Under the pieces are notes generated by a model. That model ran no database searches. It was not told where the DNA came from and saw only the letters and a program-made list of their open reading frames with translations. Shown here piece after piece: positions 51,615 to 64,000 of a stretch of 64,000 nucleotides of DNA (its first letter is position 1; each line of letters opens with the position of its first letter). Origin of the DNA: Amoebidium appalachense (Eukaryota; Protista; Ichthyosporea). The translations under genes were made by a program, and so were the position numbers. The stretch covers positions 1,054,001 to 1,118,000 of the forward strand of contig CAVNZM010000011.1 of NCBI GenBank assembly GCA_963693365.1. Direction: 5' to 3'.

Positions 51615-54147
51615 GGGGATATGCATCAGTGGCGAAAACAGAAACAATTCCTCCAAAAAAATACAAAATAAAATAAAGGAGAGAATACAACCTTTAGTGA
51701 GTGGAAAGAGACTCTGGCCATGATCACGCGCACTCGCGGAGGAGAGGGGATGGAAAGGGGGGTGGCGGGGGGTGGGAGGGCCCGGGGGGTGGGGGATGGT
51801 GGGTCACTCACCCAGGTGGGTCCCCCCCTCCGGAAGGGGGACCCACCCACCCTTGCAGCTACCCTGGTGAGGGGGGAGGGGGGAGGGGGGGGAGGGGAGG
51901 GGGGGGAGGACCCACCACCCTACTCGCCCAGGTGCCCCCCCCCCCCCCTCCCTCGGAGCTAGGGGAGGGGGGATTCAACGGGGGGGGGGGGGGGGGAGGG
52001 GGGGGGGGGGGGGGGGGGAGGGGGGGGGGGGAGGAAGGGGGGAAGGAGTACTACCTGGGTTGACGTCGATATTTACTACTCCCTCCCTTCCCATTTCAAA
52101 TTCAAAAATCCCTTAGATCTACTATGTACATACGTCAAGTAGCCTCCTTGGACATGTACGATCTCATGCATATGCGCAGCACTATGCTGCGCAATCCTAT
52201 GCTGTAGAAAAGGGGATCTATTTGAGCCCCTCTCATGATCATTCTAATATAGAACTTGCAAGCCAGGCTCAAGTGCAGCACAGGCCTTCTCATGTGGCAC
52301 CGCCACGTGGAAGGGAATTCTCGAAGCCCGGCACAGGGACCAGTGCGCGCAGAAGGCGCTGCTACAGGACCTCATCTCACACCGGGTCTACCCATCACCC
52401 AAGTAGATCTGCCATGAGTGTAGTGATTCAGTACTCTAGTGTATTATCTGCTAGCTACAAGCTGGTTGCAATCGAGATATATTCAAAACATTTCCCGTTA
52501 TCTTCAACTTGAATCCGGTCCTATGACAGTTATTTATAGCGACAAAGCATGAACTTCATTGTAGGTATCACGTACACCTGGCGTGTGATCACAAAAATCC
52601 GACGAAAATTGTGTAGTGGTACGTGGGCTTACGTGCGTGGGCACTACGATGCCGTAGGGCGCCAACTTTCAAATAGATACGACTGTGGCCATGGCAATCC
52701 TTTATTGCCTTTCACGCATGTACAAACAATGTTGTATATAAATATCATTGACCATATATACACATAGAGGCCTATATATGTGTTCGGCAATTAGGGCCAA
52801 CATCCGAACACAGTGTTGCTGGGGCCTGCATGGCAACTGTCAAGCCGCAACATTGGATCACGAACACATACCTATTGTACCAGGCTGTGAATAATGTGAT
52901 CTGCTGATTCTACCCATCAGCCCTCATGACGTACTCATAAATATACCTAAACCCCTACAGACCAAAAGTCTTGGCAGATACAAAAGATTGTCGCAAATAT
53001 ACAGCAGTTACTCTCACTAACTATGGACTACACTGTCCGCAGCAATACAAAGTGCATAAACCCAACACAGATGCCACTTGCAGCTTTGAGGCTCATGCAG
53101 CTCATGAGGCTTTTTCGGAGAACCAATCAACTGTGTCAAAATGATCAGTTTTTGAGCGGCCAGTGCTCGTTACCACTATCATAATCCACCCTGAGGGCAG
53201 CCAACCCTCCAATATTCTCTCAATAGAAACAAAAAAATTATATATTAAAAAAAAAGAAAAAGAAAACATCATCCCTCCCCCCCCCCCCTCAAGAATCAAG
53301 ACTACGTAAATGAGTTGATTTAAACACTCGTGCTGTAGGAAAGACAATAAAGGGCCTCCCACTGTTTCCCGACGAATTGTTAGGGTCCGTCGCACATACC
53401 TGTCCGAGTCTCCTGAGACTCTCAGGGCCTGGGTGCACAATCTCTCCAGCCTTGCAGGCTGAAGATAATAGGCTAGTGTAGGTAGTTTTAAAAATGGGGC
53501 TGTAAGAAGGTGATTTTATTCCAACTTCATTGTGTTAAGTTTCTGGCAGCATCATGAGGCGTCGAACAACCCTTTTTCTTACCATATTATGACCACCATT
53601 GGACCCGCAATTGCAAAAACCGCGGCTTTGGGGTGGAGTAAATTTCCTTTTTTCCAAGTCCGACTCTGACTGTCCGAGGGGGCCGAGCCCCGAGGAAAAG
53701 CTTCATCCTTAGCATTATATTATTATTATGATTATAAAACTGCTATATATATAAAGCTGAAAGATGAACGTGGCATTACTTGTATTTAATAATAAAAAAT
53801 TCCATAGACAGCCAAAGCTCTTCCCCAATAAACACGCACATGTTGCAAATGCGCTGCCATATATATTTCGACGGATCACATCACTCTGAATTTCTAATGT
53901 CTGAGCCTGGAAACATTTCTCTTGACTGGGATTTATTGATCAGTGGTCCAGTGGATATGAAGGCAACGTGCAGCCACAGGCTACATGACAACCGGCTTCG
54001 AAAGAGCCACAGCGATGAAATAAAAAATAAAACAACAAGTGACCAAAGGACACCAGCGGGCAAAGGTACAAGTGCACGTGTCTGGAAACACTGATGGCAG
54101 GGGTGCCCCAAACGATCTGGGAGGACCCACTGTAAACCAAAAACTGT

Positions 54148-54207
54148 CCAATGAGAAGTAGCACATTCCCGATTGGCTACAAGCAATTGTCATGAAACCT
54201 ATATAAA
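54148..54207 (+). promoter_or_regulatory. Core promoter of MFS copy 2: CCAAT, inverted CCAAT, TATATAAA
   Basis: CCAAT 54148, ATTGG 54172, TATATAAA 54200; CCCGATTGGCTAC identical to the copy 1 promoter. Confidence 0.7.
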
Positions 54208-54317
54208 GCACCTGTGGATGAGTGTGCTGCAGAAAAGCCTTTGCTCTCAGCAGAACGAACCGAGGCTCCCCCACAAAATTTTTCTCGAGACGGCGCTCCA
54301 ACACAGCAAATACTAAG

Positions 54318-55979
54318 ATGGGTCTCACCGACAAGTTCATCTGGCACTACTCCGATGTCACCCAGCGCAAGACACCCGCGCAGGAAGAGCGCGAGCGCAA
54401 GTTCCTCGGCCTGGTGCCCTTCCATCGCCTGATGCTGCTGCCTGCCGCCGTGCTGGTTCAGCTGTCAGTTGGTTCCCTCTACGCCTGGTCTGTGTACAAC
54501 ACACCCATCGAGAAGTACATCGCAAATGTCAACGGCAAGACTCCCGCCGACTATCTTGGCATGTCCGCAAATACTTTCTACGTGGCTGTGGGCACCTTTG
54601 GCCCCTCTGCCGCGCTGTTCGGTCGCTGGCTCGAGCGTGAAGGCCCAGCCAAAGCCCTGTTTCTCTCCACCAGTCTCTTCTATGCCGGCAACCTGCTTGC
54701 TGCCCTTGCCGTGTGGAAGGGTATTTTCTCTCTCCTCTACTTCGGCTACGGTTTTATTGGTGGCATCGGGCTTGGTCTCTCCTACATCACACCCGTGTCC
54801 CCACTTCAGAAGTGGTTCCCCGACTACCGCGGTATTGTGTCTGGAATGGCCGTTTGCGGGTTTGGTGGTGGGTCGATGATTGCTGCAAAGGCTCAGAACT
54901 ACCTCATTGTTAAACACGGTGTGCCCATCACGTTCATCATCCTCGGGTCCATCTACTTTGTCATCATGATGGCCTGCACGTTGGTTCTGCGTACCCCTCC
55001 TGAGGACTTTGTTCTGGCCATGAAGGCCAAGCTGGGCGCCAAGTTCCATGCACACGGCCACGGCCCTGCAAAGGACGCCGCCGCTGCCCCTCAGTCTTCA
55101 AAGGCCGGCATGGAGAAGGGGGCCGAATCGAACGTGGCAGCAATTGTGGACCTGGACCGCAACGAGCCCGAGGTGCTGCACGAGCCCGAGATCAAGATGA
55201 CGCTGATCGAGGCCATGTTCACCGCTGACTACCGCCTGATGTACCTGATGCTCATGGCCAACGCCATTGCCGGTCTCCTGACCATCTCCAAGCTCGCCGA
55301 TATTTGCCAGCAGCAGTTCGGCAAGGATGCTGACCTGGCCTCCACCGTCGTGTCCATCAACTCTGGCTTCAATCTTTCCGGACGCATTATGTGCGGTTTG
55401 CTCTCGGACTTTGTTGGCCGCAAGCCCCTCTTCATGCTGTCGCTGGTGTTCCAGGCAGTCATCATCCTGTTTTGTCCCACCATGATTATGAACGGTGCCT
55501 TCTGGCCCTTCGTCGTTTGCATGTGGTTCCTCTCCGCCTTCTATGGTGGTGGGTTCGGCCTGATCCCTGCCTTCCTTGCCGACCAGTTCGGCACCAAGAA
55601 CATTGGCGCCCTCCACGGCATTATCCTCACGGCTTGGTCGTTCATCGGTGTGGCCGGTGGCCTCACGTTCAATGCCATCTACAAGAACCAGGTTGCCAAG
55701 TACGGGAAGACTTCGCTGAAGGTGTACAATATCAACTACTATTGGATTGTTGTTATTATTTGGATTGGTGTGATTGTGACCCCCTTCATCCACACTGACG
55801 TGCGTGACCGGCTGTTCCCTGCTGCCGAGGGCCAGTTCTTCTGCATTCGTGTGGGCAAGCGTCTTCTGCGGGTGTCCCGGTCAAAGGGTGTCGAGTACCT
55901 CACCCACCAGCAGGAGGAGGCCGAGTGGCGCGCATTCCTGCTCACCCTGCCCGAAAACCAGCCCGGGTACAAGGCCTAA
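54318..55979 (+). CDS. MFS transporter, OFA/monocarboxylate family, copy 2, 553 aa, intronless
   Basis: Paralog of 38448-40109 with the same length; homology starts at ATG 54318 (MGLTDKFIWHY). Confidence 0.93.
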   Translation: MGLTDKFIWHYSDVTQRKTPAQEERERKFLGLVPFHRLMLLPAAVLVQLSVGSLYAWSVYNTPIEKYIANVNGKTPADYLGMSANTFYVAVGTFGPSAALFGRWLEREGPAKALFLSTSLFYAGNLLAALAVWKGIFSLLYFGYGFIGGIGLGLSYITPVSPLQKWFPDYRGIVSGMAVCGFGGGSMIAAKAQNYLIVKHGVPITFIILGSIYFVIMMACTLVLRTPPEDFVLAMKAKLGAKFHAHGHGPAKDAAAAPQSSKAGMEKGAESNVAAIVDLDRNEPEVLHEPEIKMTLIEAMFTADYRLMYLMLMANAIAGLLTISKLADICQQQFGKDADLASTVVSINSGFNLSGRIMCGLLSDFVGRKPLFMLSLVFQAVIILFCPTMIMNGAFWPFVVCMWFLSAFYGGGFGLIPAFLADQFGTKNIGALHGIILTAWSFIGVAGGLTFNAIYKNQVAKYGKTSLKVYNINYYWIVVIIWIGVIVTPFIHTDVRDRLFPAAEGQFFCIRVGKRLLRVSRSKGVEYLTHQQEEAEWRAFLLTLPENQPGYKA

Positions 55980-56383
55980 CTTAGTGACTGATATGTCAGT
56001 TTGTATCTGTAAGCTAGTCCGTAGGTAATTCATTAGGGTCGAGAAGAGAGTAGACTTTTCCATTGATACGCTAGTTGTAATTCGGTAGCTGTGATTTGGT
56101 TATGTACATATTCTTTAGTTCACACTCACACACTGTGATTCTAATCATAATGCAGTCTGACAAATTTTGAAGTCGGAACGACTGAAAGCTTTGAAACAAA
56201 AACAATAACTGGCAATAAATCCTGTAGCTACATCTTCGCCGAAAACACTGCACTACAGTAGTCATATGCACCAGTGGATCACTATGAACCTGCAAAGCCA
56301 AACGTGGGTCCACGGGGTTGTTTCTTTATGATGCATGAACATGTATGATAATGCATGTATGATTGTATCAGTGCATTTACTTG

Positions 56384-56420
<37 letters not shown>

Positions 56421-58123
56421 CTCTCTCTCTCTCGCTCTCAATTTCTCTTTCTCTCTCTCTCTCTATCTCTCTCTCTTTCTATCTCTCTCTCTCTCTCCCC
56501 CCCCCCCCCTCCCCCCCCCCCTCTCTCTCTGTCTGTCTCTCTCTCGCTCTCTCGCTCTATACCTTTCTCTCTCTCTCTCTCCCCTCCCTCGCTCTCCTCT
56601 CTCCCTCTTTCTCTCTAGCTCTCTCGCTCCCCCCCTCCCCCCCCCACCTCTCTCTCTATATGTGTGCACTTGTGTGTGCGTGCGGACGTGCGTGCATGTG
56701 TTTGTTGTGACACGCATGCATATGTGCAGTCACGTTTCATGCGGCTCATGATGGGAGTGTTTGTGCCTGTGTGTGTGGCATGGCCGTGCATGTTCCCATA
56801 ATGTTTCGGTGTTTGTGTAACACACGCGCACGCGCGAGTACGTGTGTGTGTGTGCGCACATACGTTCTTGTGCGTGTGTGCGTCCATGCGTGTGTGCATG
56901 CGTGTATGGGTGTGTGCGTGTGTGCACGTGTGCATGCCTGTGTGTGTGCGTGTGTGTGTGACACTGTGTGTGTGCGCGCGCGTGTGTGCGTGTCACCGTT
57001 GGCAAGCTGTGGTGTTTGCATTGCATCTATGCTTTTATGTATCACATGTGACTGAACGTGTGTGCGCCGAATTGTGCGTGTGTGCTTGTACCCACATTGC
57101 GCATGTTCCCCATGTTGGGTTTCTCCCCTATCTCGAGGTCCACCTGTGTACTTGTGACGTGATTTATTATGTGCATTGCATGTGCAGTTTTAGACATATG
57201 TGCGCCCTCTTGTCCGTGTGGTGGCTGCTTCTTCCGTGTGCCCAGTCAGAAAAAAACACGACATATTTAGGCACGGTCCATCGAAGAGAAAATATGACGT
57301 GACATGAGTATTTTTTCAAATCAAACCCCATCATGCGCAAATGGTGCAGACGCCGAGAGTGCGTGCTAAGCCGATGGGAACACGGGCCGATCGGATGACT
57401 ATATATTGGTTTGTGTCGTGTGCACTTTCCTTTTATGGATGTCATCCAAACCGTAATGTGTCGAATGTGTCGGGACCTGAGAAAATTTCCCAGACGACAC
57501 TCTGACCGGTCGACATCAACTGACTTGTTTTTATTCTTTTTATTTTTCCCTTTCCTGTTTCACCTCACAGAGGCTACCGCCTTCCAAGTGGCCCTGCTTA
57601 TACGGCCAGGCAGGGTGGCATACACCAACTGACAAGTGCAATGATGTCGCCATCATGTCTCCACATCATGTAGCGGCTGTGCCTATGGCTCACAATTAGA
57701 CCTCGTTTTATACTTTCGGCCCTGTGACACCAGTGGCAACTGGGGGGGGGGGGGGGGGAGGGGGGGAGGGGGGGGGGGGGGGGGGGGGGGGGAACCGAAG
57801 ATTTTTGAGTACACATACCTGGGGCACTATAAGCCTTGTGAGCTGCCGTGACGGTGATTTCGTCGTGGTGAGTCGGATAGGGAGGTTAGGGAGGAAGTTG
57901 CAGTCAGAGATAATGGGTGGTTAGCCTGGAGAGGGAGAGGGTGGGGTGGGGTGGTGGTGATCCGGGGGAGGGGGTGGGGGCGGGAGGGGGGGAGGTGGGG
58001 GGGAGGGAGGAACAGGTGAGAGTGCGGGGGAGGGAGGGGGAGCCGATATGGAGAGAGATATAGAGGAGTGTATGAGGGGGGGGAAGGGGGGGGAGGGGGA
58101 GGGGGGGGAAGAGAAAGAAAGAG

Positions 58124-58164
<41 letters not shown>

Positions 58165-58524
58165 GTGAAAGAGACAGACAGACAGAGAGAGTGTGTGTGT
58201 GTGTGTTAATGTGCATGAGAACGACAGATAGAGAGGGGGGAGGGGAAGGGAGAGGGGCCGAGGGAGGGGGGTAGAGAGAAAGAGAGATTTGGGGGAGGGG
58301 GGGGAGGGGGGGGATGGGTAAGTTTTCTAGAGGTTGGTTCGTTGTATCAGCACATGGCCGGCGTGATTGTTGAATAGCAAGGGACAACACCCTGAGGCGG
58401 TTTGATGTGCAAAACGGGTTAATGGCTACAAATCATTGCCATCAGCATGTGCTTAGAGCAGCAGCCAAAATACATTACCTCTGGCATCTAAAACTAAACA
58501 TAGCGCCGTCCCATTCTTCCCTGT

Positions 58525-58560
<36 letters not shown>

Positions 58561-58823
58561 ACCCTCCCCCTCCCTCCTCTTACCCCCTCCTTCCCCCCTC
58601 CTCCCCCCCTCTCCCCCTCCCCCTTCTTCCCGCCCATACCCCGGTTGGGGGAATAAAAATGCACGAGCTGTTGGTGTGCCTACAGTGTCTTAAAAATGTA
58701 ACCGTTGAAATCATCCACACCCGACATGAAAAGCCGCCAATGAATCTTTGCTAAAACTTAAGAGGTAGGTCGAGAGCTTACCTACAGCAACTCTTGATGT
58801 CTAGGAGTCATGCAGCCGAATTC

Positions 58824-58856
<33 letters not shown>

Positions 58857-58975
58857 ACCCACACACACACACACACAAACACACACCCCACCCCCTCCAA
58901 CAATGCCGGGCACAAAAAATTCCCAGCAAGGAGTTAATGTCGGGAATAATAACCAATCCTCTGCAGAGTGATTTG

Positions 58976-59231
58976 GGTATTTACGCTGTTTACTCGAGGC
59001 AAAGAGAGACCAGACCAGTCTCAGGTATGGGGGTTTTTGCTCGGAATATCCCCCCAGCGGTATATCATGATCACGTACATAGCTGTCGGGTGATGATTAT
59101 ATATCAGGGTTTACTTTCTCTACGAGACACCATAAAGACTAAGAAAAATTAATTAGTTGGGGTTCCCGTTTTTTTTTGGTTTTTTTCTTGTTTTTTTTTC
59201 GGGCTCCCCTAGGACAATCGGTATCAGCTGG

Positions 59232-59311
<80 letters not shown>

Positions 59312-60184
59312 GTGTGTGTGCGCGTGCTAGAATTTTGTAATGATGTGTTTCTCAAGCCAATCAATACATCTAATAAACAGGTCGTAGTTTCGCGTGTTTA
59401 GTATATAATCAAGGATGTTGTAATTTTCAGGTAGGCTATCTTTCTGGATGTCTGTTGTGAATGTGACGTGTGTGTGTTGCGGTATTACGTGGTCTATCAA
59501 ACTACATTTGGCGATACATGACCGATTAAACTGGTGTGTGTGTGTGTTGTTTGGGCATGCAAACGATGCCACCTTATACTTATTAGATCTCCACTGTATA
59601 GCACGTGTACAGTAAAAGCATGGTATGTGATCAATAATACCATTAGCTAGAGAAAGACCAATTCTACAGGAAGGTAATATGTATTTAGGTGTTACACATT
59701 TGCGAGTGCCATATTTGGCAATATGGTTAAGGCGGTCATCATATATATAAAACGAGACATAAGGCTTAGTTTTTCAAGGTGAATGCTTTCATCGGGTCTG
59801 GTGTCGTGTGGTATCTTTTTCCATTTGTTATATTGCGTAATTATCTTGTGATTGTGTACATGTCTAATAAGTAAGTGGCAGTCCAAAGTCACACGCACAC
59901 TTTTGCGGGGTTTATTTGTATTTGTGCCCGGGGGAAAAGGAGAGAGAGAGGGAAGGAAAGAGGGGAGAGGTGAGGAGGGGACAGGTCGGATAGAGAAGAG
60001 AGGGTGGGAGGGCAAATACTTCTTTAAGCGGCTTATGTGCTTATTGAATTTCAGCGCGAGATGGGATACTCTAGCAGCTATTGGGACCAGACCATATATC
60101 GAGAGCGTTACAGGCCCAGGTTTTCAACAGTTGTTAGATAGAAAGGAGGCAACTTCTGCTTCAAGGAAATTTGCCAAGGGTTTA
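58976..60184 (-). mobile_element. 5'-truncated, older and frameshifted LINE copy D with 10-bp TSD
   Basis: Diverged ORF2 3' part with a 2-nt insertion near 59740. TSD GAGTGATTTG at 58966-58975 and 60186-60195. Confidence 0.93.
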
Positions 60185-63100
60185 TGAGTGATTTGCGGTT
60201 TGCGCCAAAGATAGCAGCCTCTCAGAGTCTGTTTTGAGAAGATTTCAGCATGAACGGCCCATTTAGCAAGGCCTAGCACAGCTGAAAGACCCGCCAAAGA
60301 GACTAAAAAAAAAAAAGAAAAAAAAAGCACAGCCTGGTGCAGCTGGACGGACCTTATCCCCCCTTCCCCCCTCTCCCCCACCCCCCCCCCCCCCACCTAA
60401 CATCCCCCAGCCTTACCCCCCCCCCCCCCCCCCCCTTCTCGGCCTACCGCCCGAGTCCTCCCTCCTTGAACATGTGGCCACACACTATCCCATCCCTCTC
60501 TTGGCGCACACCTTCACACATCTTCCTAGTAACCCTGCACTGCTGCTGTTGTTCCATGTCATGGGGGTGCCACCAGGCATTTCTGATTCATCCCCCCCTC
60601 CCCCCCCTCCCCCCTCTATTCCCTTCTCCAGGAGCCCTGAGCCCGAATCAATGAAAAAGAGCGAAGGATTATCAACACACATATCCCAGGTCTCTAACAT
60701 GACCTTTAAACCTCGCCCACATGACTGGAGCAGTTTCCACACCCAAACACAACCCCGTTCACGGCCTTGGCCTTGCTGTTACACCCTCCCCCCCCCCCCC
60801 CCCCCCCCTCCCCCCCCCCCCCCTCCCGTCGTCCCACCACTGGCACACAGTAGGCAATTTATATACACATGTGCACGGTTTCCCTTGCAGCACATCAGAT
60901 TGGAGATTTGTCATGTGCAGCTTCCAATCCACTATTTGAATGCAGCGGATAGGGTAATACTGTGCTAAAACCAAGTGAAGGTGTAAATACTTGATAGTAT
61001 TTGATGACACGTTGCAGTGTGGTCTGGCAGAGATAAAAAGCCTTAAAGTGCACGATTTGAGATTTTTATAATGGCGGTTTGTCTTTTACAGGCAGTACAG
61101 ATAGCGTGCACGTGCTCCTATTCCAATCAAAGGGTGTCTTTTTGCATGACCTTTGACCAATGAAACCCACGGATAGAAACATAAAAGGCTAAGCTACCAC
61201 GGTACACACATATTTCCCAATATCGAAGCATGCAGGGAGAATCATCATAGATTCCCTAGTAAAAATCATGTGCATGGATCTAAGCGGATTCTTTTATGGG
61301 GGCAGATTTGGGAATAGGGTTGATCTTTCCTGTGCGATGCCATATTAGCAGGTGATGTACCTTAGGCATGTCTCTGTCTGTGGATTTCATTGGCCCAAGT
61401 CTTGTACAACGCTTTGACTGTTCGTGGGTGGCTGGGTAGGTAGGTGGGGTAGAAGGGAGCATGAGGAGGGAAGGCCCCGGGGGGGCAGGGAGGGGGGGAG
61501 GGGGGGAAGGGGAGGGGGGGGGAGGGGGGGGGGGGGGGAAGGGAGGGGGGAGGGGGGGGGGAGGGGGGGGGGGAGGGGGGAGAGGCGTAAGGAGGGAGAG
61601 GTTGAACATGTTGTGTGTGCTCGGGTTGTGTGTGTATGTGTATGTGTGGGCGGGTGGTGAGAGAGGGGGAGGAGGGGAAAGGGAGTGTAGGAGGGGCGGA
61701 CACGGCAGCCGCCCGTCGTCCTTCGCAAGGGGCTGAGGTTGCCAGGGGGGAGGGGAGGAAGGGGGGGAGGGGGGGGGGGAGGGGGGGGCTCCGAGGGGTA
61801 GGGGAGGGGGGGGGGGGGGGTGAAGCCTTGCTGAAAAGAGGGGATTATGGAGAAAGAGAATGATATATAATACTAGCCGGTACCTATAAGAACACTCAAA
61901 GCCAACCAAACCCAGTGTTGTGTTTTGCGATTAGTATCTCCACCATAACACACACACAAGTTAACTCGCGCTCATTATCAACGACAGTGTGGTCAAAGAT
62001 CACGCATTAGTAGTAGCCACATAAATGAAACAGACCGGCTATGTGACCCTCGAATGAGATCATGCACAGAGAGTTGGGGGGGGGGAGGGGAGAGAGGAGG
62101 GGGGGCTCCCGTACCACCGTTCCTTCTTCAGATAAAGTTCCATTTCAGACCTTAGGCACCACTAAACATTGGTCTGGTGGCATGATACCGATGAATGGGT
62201 GTCCATGTTGGTGCCTCGTGGTCGATATGAGGCAACATGGGGTCCTGCAATCGTGCACCTCATTACACCTGATCCTAGTGTTTGGGTTGGGTGGGGGTTG
62301 AAGGGGGGGGGGGGGGGGGGAGAAGAAGGGGGAAGGAGTGGGGGGAAGGGGGGGGAGGGGGAGGGGTAAATAAAGTAATGCAGCAAGCCGGTCCAAGTAA
62401 AGTCAAAGTTTGGTGACACCCCTCCGCAAAACCTACTACCCTTGACCCCGCCCCCCCCCCTCCCCCTCCGTCCCCTCTCCCCCTCCCCCTTCCTCCCGTC
62501 CCCCCCCCCCCCTCCCCTCCACCTCCCTCCCTCGCCGATCCCCCCTTCCACCCCCCCCCCCCCCCCCCCCCCCCCCCCACACACTCACCGTGGCACACAC
62601 ATACTCTCTCAAGCAGGCAGGTGGGGAAAGGGGGGACAGGGGGGCGGCTGGGGGAGGGGGGAGGGGGAAGGGGCAAGGTCCTGGAAGGTTGAGGGAAGGG
62701 GGGGGGAGGGGGTTCCCGGAAAGTGAAGGGTCGAGGGGAAGGGGAGTCTGAAAAAGAGGGTGTAAGGGTCCACCTCCTGGAGTTGACCGTGCCCTTGTTC
62801 AATCTCTAGCCCCAACCTTCCTGCCTCCCTCCCCTCCCCCGCCTCTCTCCTCCCCCCCCCCTCCCCCCCCCCCCCCCCCCTTCCTCTCCCTCCCTTCCCA
62901 ACATCTCTGTCTCACTTCCCTCCCCCCCCATACCCCCCCCCCCCCCTCCCCCCTCTAACAAAAACATATCCCAGCCCGTCCAGCGGTGTGGCCCTGGCAT
63001 TCCATCCGCCTGCTCTTGTTTTTTCGTATTCCAACACCCTCCCTGCTTGCTTCCTTTCTAATTGTCCAGTCTCCCACCCTGGCACCCCCCCTCCCCCCCC

Positions 63101-63362
63101 CTCCCCTCCTCCTTTCCCCTGGCCCATCCTTGGGGTCAACCCCCCCTCCCCCCTCCCCCCCATCCCCCCATCCCTACCAAACACACACACACCAACGAAA
63201 AAAAAGAATAAGAAGAAAGAAAACACAAAAGAATAATGGCAGGCCGTTGTCGTTGTTGCCGTATGCGACAGACACCACCGATGCTCATCTCTCTGAGACA
63301 GAGCATGTGGTGGGGTCGAAAGAAACTGAGAGTCTCGTGGTGGTTGCAGACTATTCTATGAT

Positions 63363-64000
<638 letters not shown>

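Noticed and set aside
54222-54317. N-terminal extensions of the MFS ORFs (also 38421-38447)
   Set aside because: Non-ATG starts; paralog homology begins at the ATGs at 54318 and 38448.

Overview
Eukaryotic genomic DNA with spliceosomal GT-AG introns and CCAAT/TATA promoters, saturated with simple repeats: (CA)n, (CT)n, poly-C/G, poly-A. Most short ORFs in the track are artefacts of these repeats. Host genes: a Ser/Pro-rich PDZ protein, a multi-exon TLDc (OXR1-like) gene, a GNAT acetyltransferase and two intronless paralogous OFA-type MFS transporters. The dominant signal is a young non-LTR retrotransposon family with four copies: one intact ORF1 + APE-RT element (A) and three 5'-truncated copies (B, C, D). 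Its poly(A) is internal. The mobilised 3' end is a conserved ~195-nt, apparently structured module ending in GTAAA(C/T)(A)CCC, as shown by the target-site duplication of copy D. Copies B and C lie head-to-tail inside a hAT-like MITE, which lies inside a TTAA-flanked Kolobok-like MITE. A Tc1/mariner-like MITE and several motif arrays are also present. Family assignments come from motif recognition by eye; no searches were run.
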